From: an uncultured bacterium
GTDB taxonomy: Bacteria; Patescibacteriota; Minisyncoccia; Phycocordibacterales; CAIZLB01
NCBI GenBank assembly: GCA_903864515.1
Contig: CAIPFZ010000018.1
Location: 17,290-81,289, forward strand
Reading direction: 5' to 3'
DNA length: 64,000 nt
The notes under the pieces are model-generated. The model did no database searches, was not told the origin of the DNA, and saw nothing but the letters and a program-made list of their open reading frames with translations. The position numbers and the translations under genes are program-made. Below are positions 55,562 to 64,000 of this stretch, piece after piece (positions within the stretch are counted from its first letter, which is position 1; each line of letters starts with the position of its first letter).

Positions 55562-57511
55562 GTGTGGTTTAATTTAATAATCAAAAAATCAAATAATTAT
55601 ATGAGTAGATTAACAATAGAAGGTAAGGTGGGGATTGCTGTAGTAGCGGTTCTCACAATAGCCTTCTCTATTTTTTTAACAAACAACGCTCAAGCACAAG
55701 CAAGTAGGACGGGTAGACCAGATGTTGTAATACAAACAACAGTAGCAACATCAACTGATTTCTCTAAATCATCTGTATACATAACAGGAGCCTCAGGAAG
55801 AGACTACATCACTCCGTTTGCTGGATTTGGCGTCTCCATGCTTCCTGACTCCTGCTACGCATATAACAACATAAGTGCTGATATACAGAAGATAACATAC
55901 GTATTAAGTACACAGATAAAGGAAATGGTTGATCTGTATAGCTCTAACTCATGTAATACACAAACCACACTCTCTCCAACATGCACCAGCTACCTAGACT
56001 CAATAAATAACCTAACTCTGACCTATGCAACATACCAAGTAGAGGGTCTAAAGCAAGCAAGTGAGAAGACAAGACTATGTAATACTGACAACACAAGAAA
56101 GACTGGAGTATCTCCAAGAACATACTATGGAATAGATGTTGTTGCGCTAACATATGCATCAGTAAGAGACGCATATGTAAACAAGAGTTATAGAAGTCAT
56201 ACTACACTTCTAAATAATGTGAACAGTAACCTGACAAGCAAGATGAATGTTGCCATAAGGTCTGATAAGTTCACTGATAAAGTTACATCATCTTCAACAC
56301 TACGTACTCTTGCATATAACACATTCAAGAATCCATCACAGACACCTGAACCAAGATCAAGAGTACTCCCAGCTACACCAAGTACATCACTGAGTGTTCC
56401 AAATGCATTCCTATTCTTTGGACAAACAGATAATGTAACAAACAGGCAAATTGCTGCTATTCCATTTAATTCACTACAAGAATATGTAAATGCATACAAC
56501 GCCAACAAGACAAGATTTGCTGATATATACAACCCAATCAACAGAACACTAATTGACCAAGGTGAGAATGTACTCATGAATATTAACAGGAAGATTGAAC
56601 TAAGACTTCCACCAAGAGAGGTACTACCAGAACCTGTTGCTGTTGCAACAACATCAACTGACCAAGTACTGCCTGCTACACAGAAGGCAAGCGTGATTAA
56701 CTCTATTGGTAACTGGTTTGGTGGTATATGGAGCGCTATAGCTGACTTCTTTGGTTATATGTTCTGGGGGGAGAAGGCGGAGGCGGCACCTAGAGCTGGA
56801 AAGGATTCTCGTCTCCTTGTTGGTCCGAGTGGAAGTGGAGCAAGCGGAAGTGGGGAGAGTTTTGATGAGAAGATGTATAAACAGCTATGTCCCGCATTGC
56901 CTAATCCGGTGCCGAAGCAGAAGTTGGTGGCGGTGCCTAGTGATAATAAAGAAGAGGAGGAAGTATTCTTTAAAAATCTTCTTGTGAAGAGTCCCGGTAT
57001 CAAGCAGGCAACAGAATATGTTACAGGTGAACACTTTGGAACACCGACCCTTGGCGATGCAGAGATTGAACATATAATAAATAAAAGTTATTTCGATCAC
57101 AACACATCTTCATTCAGTGGTCGTATTACCGGAAGTGAAACTCCACCTAAGAAGCCAGAGGACGTAAGGAAAGAAATTGAAGATAGGACTAAGGAGCCTT
57201 ACACTTACGGTAGTGGTCCGATGGTAGTAGACCTATCAAAACCTACTAATCCATATAATTGTTTAAGAGATTTTGATACGCATGAAACTGTTGACTGGAG
57301 TCAATACTTTCACCCTATGTCGTCTTCATTCTATGATTCACTTAAAATTACAGTGAGGGCTGTTGTTGCAGGAACCGAGCAAATAGCTACCGAGACATTT
57401 AGCACAAAGAAAACTAGGGAAGCTGAAGTTCTTAATAATTTTGAAAGATATGAAACTTTGGCTACTAATTTACAGGTTGAGTTCGTTAATCGTGCTAACA
57501 AGAGGAAGTAG
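55562..57511 (+). CDS. secreted S/T-rich hypothetical protein
   Basis: The TM/signal segment GIAVVAVLTIAFSIFLTNNAQA follows an internal Met (MSRL). S/T/N-rich, cysteine-containing N-terminal region, acidic C-terminal half. The track start coordinate appears to coincide with a GTG codon. Confidence 0.45.
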   Translation: MWFNLIIKKSNNYMSRLTIEGKVGIAVVAVLTIAFSIFLTNNAQAQASRTGRPDVVIQTTVATSTDFSKSSVYITGASGRDYITPFAGFGVSMLPDSCYAYNNISADIQKITYVLSTQIKEMVDLYSSNSCNTQTTLSPTCTSYLDSINNLTLTYATYQVEGLKQASEKTRLCNTDNTRKTGVSPRTYYGIDVVALTYASVRDAYVNKSYRSHTTLLNNVNSNLTSKMNVAIRSDKFTDKVTSSSTLRTLAYNTFKNPSQTPEPRSRVLPATPSTSLSVPNAFLFFGQTDNVTNRQIAAIPFNSLQEYVNAYNANKTRFADIYNPINRTLIDQGENVLMNINRKIELRLPPREVLPEPVAVATTSTDQVLPATQKASVINSIGNWFGGIWSAIADFFGYMFWGEKAEAAPRAGKDSRLLVGPSGSGASGSGESFDEKMYKQLCPALPNPVPKQKLVAVPSDNKEEEEVFFKNLLVKSPGIKQATEYVTGEHFGTPTLGDAEIEHIINKSYFDHNTSSFSGRITGSETPPKKPEDVRKEIEDRTKEPYTYGSGPMVVDLSKPTNPYNCLRDFDTHETVDWSQYFHPMSSSFYDSLKITVRAVVAGTEQIATETFSTKKTREAEVLNNFERYETLATNLQVEFVNRANKRK

Positions 57512-57562
57512 GGGTATTAAAAGTAGAAATATGTAAGGTATATTCAAAAAGCGGACACGAAA

Positions 57563-58390
57563 GTGTCCGCTTTTTGTGTGTACCACTCTCATAAGCAACC
57601 CCATATACACACCTCGCCCATCAATCATTTAACCCAAAATTGTGCTATACTTAGCTCTATGAATAAAGAAAACAATTTTCAAATATTTAAGTCTAGTTTT
57701 GTGATAGGTATTGCAATACTTTTGTCAGCCATGGTTGGCGCATACTCTTTCTATAGCATAAAAGCCATGGATGATTCAGTTACCGTAACCGGCTCTGCTA
57801 GAAAGAGTGTAGTTTCAGATCAAGCAAAATGGTCAGTTAACTTTATGAGACCGGTTACCCTTGATACAGTAAAGGATGGATATACTAAAATGGATAGTGA
57901 CTTAAAAATAGTTACTGCATTCTTTATAAAAAATGGATTTACAGAAGCTGATTTGAAGATAACACCGGTTCTAATGAATGAAGTGTATGAAAATAATCCA
58001 AATTCTTCAGTTAAGAAATATAATTTGATTCAAACAATTAGCGTATCATCAGGTGATGTTAAGAAAATTGATTTAATGTCAAAGGGGGTAAGAGATTTGG
58101 TTTTGAGCGGAGTGGTTATTTCTCCTCAAAATCCTGAATATTATTTCTCAGGTCTACAAGATATAAAGGTTAGTTTATTACCTGAAGCATTAAAGGATGC
58201 AAAAGCAAGAGCAGATGCAATTGTTAAGCTCGCTGGAAGCTCTGTTGGAAAAATAAAATCAGCTGGTGCTGGTGTGGTTCAAGTTATGTCTTCAGGAACT
58301 AATGATGTCTCTGACTATGGATCATATGACACTTCAACAATAGAGAAGGATGTGATGGTTACAGTTAAAGCATCGTTTCAAATTAAATAA
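57563..58390 (+). CDS. SIMPL-domain (DUF541) protein, membrane-anchored
   Basis: The TM segment FVIGIAILLSAMVGAYSFY follows an internal Met; the track ORF has ~30 codons of likely leader. Segments VTVTGSARKSV...DQAKWSVNF and ALKDAKARADAIVKLAGSSVGKI follow the SIMPL pattern. Confidence 0.5.
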   Translation: MSAFCVYHSHKQPHIHTSPINHLTQNCAILSSMNKENNFQIFKSSFVIGIAILLSAMVGAYSFYSIKAMDDSVTVTGSARKSVVSDQAKWSVNFMRPVTLDTVKDGYTKMDSDLKIVTAFFIKNGFTEADLKITPVLMNEVYENNPNSSVKKYNLIQTISVSSGDVKKIDLMSKGVRDLVLSGVVISPQNPEYYFSGLQDIKVSLLPEALKDAKARADAIVKLAGSSVGKIKSAGAGVVQVMSSGTNDVSDYGSYDTSTIEKDVMVTVKASFQIK

Positions 58391-58404
58391 ATTTCAAATA
58401 AAAG

Positions 58405-59352
58405 ATGATTCTACTTCGAGGAACTGATATAAGAGATGGTAAAAGAGAAAACTTACGCTCTAGAATTAATGACATAAAAGAAAAAGAGGGGGATAAGTTT
58501 ATTCCTCCAACTCTAGTAATATTTCAAATTGGGGACAATGCGTCTTCTACTGTTTATATTGGGCAAAAGAAAAAGTTTGCAGAATATGTTGGCGCTTTGG
58601 TTTTGCACATTAATCTTCCTGAGTATGTAAGTGAATCTGATTTAATTGCAGAAATAAATAATTATAATATGGACGATTCAGTTCATGGAATAATTGTTCA
58701 ATTACCACTACCAAGACATTTATCAGTTCACAATATCACAAATGCTATTGATTATAGAAAAGATGTTGATGGATTGAGTAGTACTAGTCTTGGTCTTCTT
58801 GTTCAGAGGAATTTTAAATTAGATAATGATGTAATTAAAGGAGGTGAGAGTATGGATAAGTTTAAAAACCTAGATTTTAAAGGCTTTATTCCAGCTACAG
58901 CTAAGGGGGTAATCACTTTACTCGATGAGTATGGTATTGAGGTTGAGGGTAAATCGGTTTGTGTGATTGGACGTTCTGTTCTTGTTGGTAAACCAATCTC
59001 ACTTGTTATGCTTGCAAAAAATGCAACTGTAACAATCTGTCACTCCAGAACCGCTAATTTAAATGAGATTACTAAACGATCAGATATTTTAATATCAGCA
59101 ATTGGAAAGCCTGGATTTATCGATAAAACTTTTGTTAGAGAAAATCAAATTTTAATTGATATTGGTATTACATCTGTTGATGTAAAAACTGGAGAAGGAG
59201 AAAATGTTAGAAAAGTTTGTGGTGATTTTGATTTTGAAAAAATAAAAGATGCTGTTGAAGCGATAACTCCAGTTCCAGGTGGAGTTGGTCCGCTCACTGT
59301 TGTATCTCTTTTTGAAAATTTATTTGAATCTTTTCACAATTCTCTGCTATAA
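58405..59352 (+). CDS. folD: bifunctional methylenetetrahydrofolate dehydrogenase/cyclohydrolase
   Basis: Motifs GIIVQLPLP, ATAKGVITLL, and VIGRSVLVGKPISLVM (NADP Rossmann), with the C-terminal PVPGGVGPLTV. Confidence 0.8.
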   Translation: MILLRGTDIRDGKRENLRSRINDIKEKEGDKFIPPTLVIFQIGDNASSTVYIGQKKKFAEYVGALVLHINLPEYVSESDLIAEINNYNMDDSVHGIIVQLPLPRHLSVHNITNAIDYRKDVDGLSSTSLGLLVQRNFKLDNDVIKGGESMDKFKNLDFKGFIPATAKGVITLLDEYGIEVEGKSVCVIGRSVLVGKPISLVMLAKNATVTICHSRTANLNEITKRSDILISAIGKPGFIDKTFVRENQILIDIGITSVDVKTGEGENVRKVCGDFDFEKIKDAVEAITPVPGGVGPLTVVSLFENLFESFHNSLL

Positions 59353-59359
59353 TGTATTT

Positions 59360-60349
59360 ATGGCAATCAAAAAAGATATTACAAAAACTAATGAGTCCAC
59401 AAAAATTCTAGAACTAAATTCATTATTAAAAATTGTTTCAATTTTATTCATATTATCATTAACGGTTTTGACGGTTTATTATATTTCAGGAGAGAAGAGG
59501 GGTAAAATGGCGGATCAAAATTTAATTGTTGTTTCTGGTCATGGAGAAATGAATGTTAAACCAGATACTACAAAGTTCACAATTTCTGTAACTGAGTCAG
59601 GTAGAGATGTTAAATCATCTCAGGAAGCAACAACAAATAAAATAAATGCTGCTATTGTTATTTTAAAACAAAATGGAGTGTTGGATAAAAATATTAAAAC
59701 ATTAAATTTTAATACTTATCCAAAATATAGTTCCAAGACATCTGCTTGCGCTACAGAGCCTGTAGTTATTAAAAATAAGGCAACATCAGTTTCCAATACT
59801 AAGGGGGCGGCGACATCAACTGCAGTTAAGTCTGCAGCACCTGTTGCTGCAACAAAGGTTGCGGGTGGTAAGGCGGGCGTTACTATTGCACCAGTTCTGT
59901 CTTCAGTTACGAATCCATCACCTTGTGTAGAAAGAACATCAGAGATTGTTGGGTATGAGACAACCCAATCTATTGAAGTAAAAATTACAGACATAAGTAG
60001 GAATCCAGATTTGGCAGGCGTAGTTGTTTCTGCAGTAGGGAAGGTTGGTGTTCAAACAAGTGAGGTGACAAATTTTGTGGATAATCTAGACAAGACAAAG
60101 CAAATTGTAAGAGATCAAGCTATACAAAAGGCGAGAGTTCAAGCAGAAGATATAGCAAGGTCCTTGGGGGTTAAACTTGGTAAGGTAACATCTTTTTCTG
60201 AAAATTCTAATGGAGGATATCCATATCCTATGATGATGAGTTCTAAAATGGCTGAAATGGCTGAAACAGCTGATTCAGCAGTCGCTAACTTGCCAGTTGG
60301 AGAAAATAAGATAACATCTGATGTTAATGTGACTTATAGTATAAGATAG
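59360..60349 (+). CDS. SIMPL-domain (DUF541) protein, membrane-anchored
   Basis: Start taken as MAIKKDI (59360), right after the folD stop; the track ORF from 59279 overlaps folD. TM segment, then NLIVVSGHGEMNVKPDTTKFTISV...AIQKARVQAEDIARSLGVKLGKV, the canonical SIMPL pattern. Confidence 0.6.
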   Translation: MAIKKDITKTNESTKILELNSLLKIVSILFILSLTVLTVYYISGEKRGKMADQNLIVVSGHGEMNVKPDTTKFTISVTESGRDVKSSQEATTNKINAAIVILKQNGVLDKNIKTLNFNTYPKYSSKTSACATEPVVIKNKATSVSNTKGAATSTAVKSAAPVAATKVAGGKAGVTIAPVLSSVTNPSPCVERTSEIVGYETTQSIEVKITDISRNPDLAGVVVSAVGKVGVQTSEVTNFVDNLDKTKQIVRDQAIQKARVQAEDIARSLGVKLGKVTSFSENSNGGYPYPMMMSSKMAEMAETADSAVANLPVGENKITSDVNVTYSIR

Positions 60350-60383
60350 TCCTTATTCGGATTTAGGGGGACGATAGTGTGTT

Positions 60384-60412
60384 AAAAAGAGGCCTTGAAG
60401 AGGTCTCTTTTT
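60384..60412 (+). terminator. intrinsic terminator after the SIMPL gene
   Basis: The sequence aaaaagaggccttgaagaggtctcttttt is an 11-bp stem with a 7-nt loop and a U-run. Confidence 0.55.
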
Positions 60413-60480
60413 GTTGAATTTGTGGATATATCTGCTTTTATCCGCATAGCGCCTCTTTTTGTGTCAAAATAGCCAGAATG

Positions 60481-60509
60481 TTGACATTTAACCCTTTTGG
60501 CTATATACT
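60481..60509 (+). promoter_or_regulatory. near-consensus sigma70 promoter upstream of secE
   Basis: TTGACA (60481-60486), 17-nt spacer, TATACT (60504-60509), about 60 nt upstream of the secE ATG. Confidence 0.5.
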
Positions 60510-60568
60510 TCTAAACGTTAAAATAACATCTAGAGCGCCCGAAAGGGTGTTTTAAAATACCAAAATAT

Positions 60569-60757
60569 ATGTCAATAAAACAATATATAAGTGATACAAA
60601 ATCAGAAATGAAGCATGTTAGTTGGCCAACAAGAAAGCAGACTATTGTTTACACAACACTAGTTATTGTTGTCTCACTTATCGTGGCTTTATATGTTTCT
60701 GGTCTTGATACCGTCTTTACAAGCTTGTTCAAAAGCCTTGTATTACGTTCATTTTAA
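60569..60757 (+). CDS. secE: preprotein translocase subunit SecE
   Basis: 62 aa with a single C-terminal TM (IVYTTLVIVVSLIVALYVSGL). Canonical position immediately upstream of nusG. Confidence 0.7.
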   Translation: MSIKQYISDTKSEMKHVSWPTRKQTIVYTTLVIVVSLIVALYVSGLDTVFTSLFKSLVLRSF

Positions 60758-60777
60758 AAGTTAATTTTTAAATAACA

Positions 60778-61320
60778 ATGTCAAAACAAGAACAAGGAGA
60801 GAGGAATTGGTATGCAATTCACACATACGCTGGATATGAAAACGCTGTTATGAGAAATCTTAAGCAGCGTATTGAGTCATTGTGTATGGATGATCGTATA
60901 TTCAATGTAATCGTACCTACAGAAAAGAAGATCAAGATAAAGGGTAGTAAGAGAATTGAAGAGGATGAGAAAATATACCCAGGATATATCTTGGTGGATA
61001 TGATCGTAAATGATGATACATGGTATATGGTGAGAAACACACCAAGAGTTACAGGTTTTGTTGGTTCTGGTACAACCCCAGTTCCTCTTGATAAGAAAGA
61101 GGTTGAGGAGTTGTTTAGAAGAATGTCTAATGACAACATTAAACACACTATTAATCTTGCTATAGGAGACCTTGTTAAGGTGGCTGACGGTCCATTTAAG
61201 GACTTAGAAGGCAAGGTGTCAGAGGTTGATACAGATAGAGGAAAGGTTAGAGTCCTTGTATCAATGTTCGGTCGTGAGACACCTGTTGAGCTAGACTTCT
61301 TGCAAGTTAAGTCAATATAG
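60778..61320 (+). CDS. nusG: transcription termination/antitermination factor NusG
   Basis: NGN domain (WYAIHTYAGYENAV...KIYPGYILVDM). C-terminal KOW (GDLVKVADGPFKDLEGKVSEVD). Confidence 0.85.
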   Translation: MSKQEQGERNWYAIHTYAGYENAVMRNLKQRIESLCMDDRIFNVIVPTEKKIKIKGSKRIEEDEKIYPGYILVDMIVNDDTWYMVRNTPRVTGFVGSGTTPVPLDKKEVEELFRRMSNDNIKHTINLAIGDLVKVADGPFKDLEGKVSEVDTDRGKVRVLVSMFGRETPVELDFLQVKSI

Positions 61321-61406
61321 GGTATTTTATAAGAACTTGGCCAGATACGCCTGCGCTTCTCTCGCGGATTGTGGCCATAAATAAAGACAATAATTAAATA
61401 ATATTT

Positions 61407-61832
61407 ATGGCAAAAAAAATAATAAAATCATTAAAATTACAAATTCCTGCTGGAAAGGCAAATCCTGCTCCACCGGTAGGTCCTGCACTTGGTCAGGCTG
61501 GTGTTAACATTGGAGAATTCGTAAAGAGATTCAATGATGCAACAGCTTCTATGGCAGGGGATATTGTACCTGTAGTTATCTCAGTTTTTGAGGATAGAAC
61601 TTTTGACTTTGTTCTAAAGACTCCTCCAGCAGCTTCTCTTGTTTTGAAGGCAATCGGGGTTGAGAAAGGATCAAGTCACCCAAACACAAAGAAGGTTGGA
61701 AAGATCACAAAAGCTCAAGTTAAGGCAATTGCTGAGAGAAAGATGCCTGATCTAAACTCAAAAGATATAGAGGGGGCAATGAAGATGGTTGAAGGAACAT
61801 GTGCATCTCTTGGAATTGACGTTATAGCTTAA
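61407..61832 (+). CDS. rplK: 50S ribosomal protein L11
   Basis: [43 protein letters not shown] is the canonical L11 N-terminal domain. Followed by a terminator hairpin (about 61882-61910). Confidence 0.9.
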   Translation: MAKKIIKSLKLQIPAGKANPAPPVGPALGQAGVNIGEFVKRFNDATASMAGDIVPVVISVFEDRTFDFVLKTPPAASLVLKAIGVEKGSSHPNTKKVGKITKAQVKAIAERKMPDLNSKDIEGAMKMVEGTCASLGIDVIA

Positions 61833-61945
61833 TCTACGCTATCAAATAAAATAGATTAGAAATAATAAATTTTAACAAAATCCTCATGGAAAAACCGTGA
61901 GGCTTTTTGTTTGTCATTATTTTATTGCATGCTAATATAACAAAC

Positions 61946-63736
61946 ATGAACAAAGTCATTACTGATGCAATATTTAAGGTTGTTGGAGATGAAAATTCCG
62001 CAAGCTTTTTGATGGGTAAAAATCTATTGGATAGACCTGGAGACTTGTCACACGGTGATTACTCAACAAATGTTGCAATGATTTTAGCACCAAAACTTGG
62101 CGTTAAACCTATTGAATTAGCAAATCAAATTATGCAAAAACTTCAGGCGTCTATTGCAGAAGGTGTTTTGACCGGAATTGAGAAAGTTGAAGTTGCGGGT
62201 CCTGGATTTATTAATTTTTACCTTTCTCAATCTACGTCATTAGAGTTGATAAAAGAGATATTAAGTGAGGATAAGGGTGGAGATAATTATGGAAAAACAA
62301 ACCTACATGGTGGAAAGAAGATGATTTATGAATATACAGATCCAAATCCATTTAAGCAATTTCATATTGGGCACCTTATGTCGAATGCAATAGGTGAATC
62401 CCTAGCAAGACTTGGTGAGTGGTCTGGGGGAGATGTTAAAAGATATTGTTATCAAGGGGATGTTGGTAGGCATGTTGCTTTTACATTCTATGGTTTTGAT
62501 TTGCTGAAAAAAGAAGAGGGAATAGAATGGCCTAGTGAAAATCTGTCACTCAGTGAAAAGGTGGCATTTCTTGGTAAGATATACGCTAAGGGTGCAACTC
62601 ATTTTAAAGATCACGAGGAAGATGAATCTATTGTGCAAGAAATAAATAAGAAGATTTATAACAAATCTGATAATGAGCTGAACGCATTGTATGACTTGGG
62701 AAAGAAATGGAGCATGGATCACTTTGAGGAAATTTATAAAATGCTTGGAACAAAATTTAATGAATATTTCTTTGAGAGCGATAGTTCTGTTGTTGGTTTG
62801 GAAGAGGTTAAAAAAGGATTAAAGAGTGGAATATTTGAAGAAAGTGAGGGCGCTGTAATATTCAAAGGGGAAAATTATGGATTAAATACTCGTGTATTTA
62901 TTAATAAATTTGGATTACCTACATATGAAGCAAAGGAAGTTGGCCTTGCGTTACTTAAATACAATAAAGATCCATATGAAGTTTCTTTTACAATTACAGC
63001 TAATGAGCAAGATAATGTATTAGCAGTCTCATATAAAGCTATTGAGCAAATATATCCTGAAATTGCAAAGAAGAATGTTCACCTTTCACATGGAATGTTA
63101 AAACTTACCACAGGGAAGATGTCTTCAAGAACTGGCGATGTTATTACAGGTGAATCAATGTTACATGATATGACTGAGATGGCTCTTTCTAAAATGGAGG
63201 AGCGAGAGATACCTGAAGAGGAGAGAAAGGAAATTGCACAGCAAATTGCTGTATCTGCAATTAAGTACACAATACTTAGACAAACAATTGGAAAAGATAT
63301 AATATTTGACCCACAAAAATCTCTATCATTTGAAGGTGATTCTGGTCCTTATTTGCAATACTCATGTGTGCGTGCAAAATCTGTGTTAAATAAGGCAAAA
63401 AATAATGGTATTGAAATTGATCTAGACAAGATTGAAATAGAAAATCTTAAGGATTTTAAAATATGCCAATTAGGTTGGGCTGGTGGAAAGCTAGAGAAAA
63501 TGTTAGTCAGATTTCCTGAGGTATTAATAAGATCTGAGGTAGAACGTGCTCCACATTATGTGAGTCAGTACCTATTGGATGTTGCGTCTGAATTTAACTC
63601 TTTTTATGCCAATACACAGATTGTTGTAGAAGGGGATTTCCTAACTCCTTATAAAGTTGGATTAACAAAGGCGACACTTATTGTCTTAACGAATGGATTG
63701 AACGTTCTGGGTATAGAGGTGCCAAGTAGGATGTAG
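61946..63736 (+). CDS. argS: arginine--tRNA ligase
   Basis: Class I HIGH motif (FHIGHLMSNAIGESLARL). ArgRS-type KMSK variant (GKMSSRTGD). C-terminal DALR-like anticodon-binding region. Start likely MNKVITD at 61946. Confidence 0.8.
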   Translation: MNKVITDAIFKVVGDENSASFLMGKNLLDRPGDLSHGDYSTNVAMILAPKLGVKPIELANQIMQKLQASIAEGVLTGIEKVEVAGPGFINFYLSQSTSLELIKEILSEDKGGDNYGKTNLHGGKKMIYEYTDPNPFKQFHIGHLMSNAIGESLARLGEWSGGDVKRYCYQGDVGRHVAFTFYGFDLLKKEEGIEWPSENLSLSEKVAFLGKIYAKGATHFKDHEEDESIVQEINKKIYNKSDNELNALYDLGKKWSMDHFEEIYKMLGTKFNEYFFESDSSVVGLEEVKKGLKSGIFEESEGAVIFKGENYGLNTRVFINKFGLPTYEAKEVGLALLKYNKDPYEVSFTITANEQDNVLAVSYKAIEQIYPEIAKKNVHLSHGMLKLTTGKMSSRTGDVITGESMLHDMTEMALSKMEEREIPEEERKEIAQQIAVSAIKYTILRQTIGKDIIFDPQKSLSFEGDSGPYLQYSCVRAKSVLNKAKNNGIEIDLDKIEIENLKDFKICQLGWAGGKLEKMLVRFPEVLIRSEVERAPHYVSQYLLDVASEFNSFYANTQIVVEGDFLTPYKVGLTKATLIVLTNGLNVLGIEVPSRM

Positions 63737-63843
63737 GTTTGTATGTGTTTTAGGGATATGTGAAAGCTATCATCAAACCTGATTTATGCTTATAATATAT
63801 ATGTATAGTTTTTATTATACTTTATTAATTATCAAATTATAAA

Positions 63844-64000
63844 ATGTTATTTACAAATTCAAGGTTTAGTAAGATTTCAGTTTCTGTTTTGATGGTATCC
63901 TTCTCTTTGTTATCTTGGAAGGTATCATCTGCAGAAGATGGATATTGGGCTTTTAATAAATTACCTGTAACTCCAAATTATTTAACAGCATCTAGTGATG
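63844..64000 (+). CDS. secreted hypothetical protein, 3'-truncated at window end
   Basis: MLFTNSRFSKISVSVLMVSFSLLSWKVSSAEDGYW is a signal-peptide-like N-terminus. The ORF runs off the window. Confidence 0.3.
   Translation, partial: MLFTNSRFSKISVSVLMVSFSLLSWKVSSAEDGYWAFNKLPVTPNYLTASSD

Noticed and set aside
55561-55564. Track start 55562 for the secreted protein does not match my base count (GTG at 55561-55563 by line arithmetic)
   Set aside because: Probably a 1-nt counting slip on my side or a non-ATG start. It does not affect interpretation. Coordinates of hand-placed features may carry 1-2 nt uncertainty.
1-64000. CRISPR arrays, rRNA genes, integrases or transposases
   Set aside because: No regularly spaced direct repeats, no rRNA-like GC-rich kilobase blocks, and no integrase or transposase motifs were seen on either strand.

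Overview
This is a 64 kb, low-GC (about one third G+C by eye) chromosomal segment from a small-genome bacterium. Its gene content and architecture are reminiscent of Patescibacteria/CPR-type organisms; that is an inference from gene content, not a database hit. It holds the replication-origin neighbourhood (rpmH-rnpA-yidC on the minus strand, then dnaA-dnaN followed by a DUF721/DciA-like gene) with candidate DnaA boxes on both sides of dnaA. The first ~12 kb is a conjugation-like type IV secretion cluster: a VirB6/TrbL-like polytopic protein, a VirB3/PrgI-like small membrane protein, a protein resembling a VirB4 N-terminal domain, a complete VirB4 ATPase, and six uncharacterised secreted or membrane proteins. 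Elsewhere there are type IV pilus genes (a PilB/GspE ATPase, and a separate pilM-pilN-pilO-like row), DNA replication/repair genes (polA, ruvA, ruvB, ruvC, mutM, a holA-like gene), cell-envelope genes (PBP1A, alr, VanY-like M15 peptidase, dgkA-PAP2-uppP trio, GT2, DedA), translation genes (rpsT, rplS, secE-nusG-rplK, argS, tsaE, folD), and seven tRNAs (Lys-TTT, Arg-GCG, Ser-TGA, Arg-TCT, Val-TAC, Leu-GAG, His-GTG). Non-standard items found by reading the sequence: a ~170-nt structured RNA candidate with 6S-like architecture between ruvB and pilB; a GC-rich ~430-bp segment next to tRNA-Ser that is open in several frames (unidentified RNA or foreign gene); an HTH-Fic gene whose promoter spacer carries a perfect palindrome, with a longer palindrome upstream; a dinJ-yafQ toxin-antitoxin pair whose toxin ORF runs into the 3' end of tRNA-Leu; a ligT/thpR-like gene broken by a one-base frameshift in a C4 run; a RuvX (YqgF) fused to a Trbp111/CsaA-type tRNA-binding domain; an 854-aa proline-rich repeat protein divergent from pilB; and an Arg tRNA with the unusual anticodon GCG. 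Coordinates of features not on the ORF track may be off by 1-2 nt; one spot near 55.56 kb shows a 1-nt inconsistency between my position count and the ORF track.
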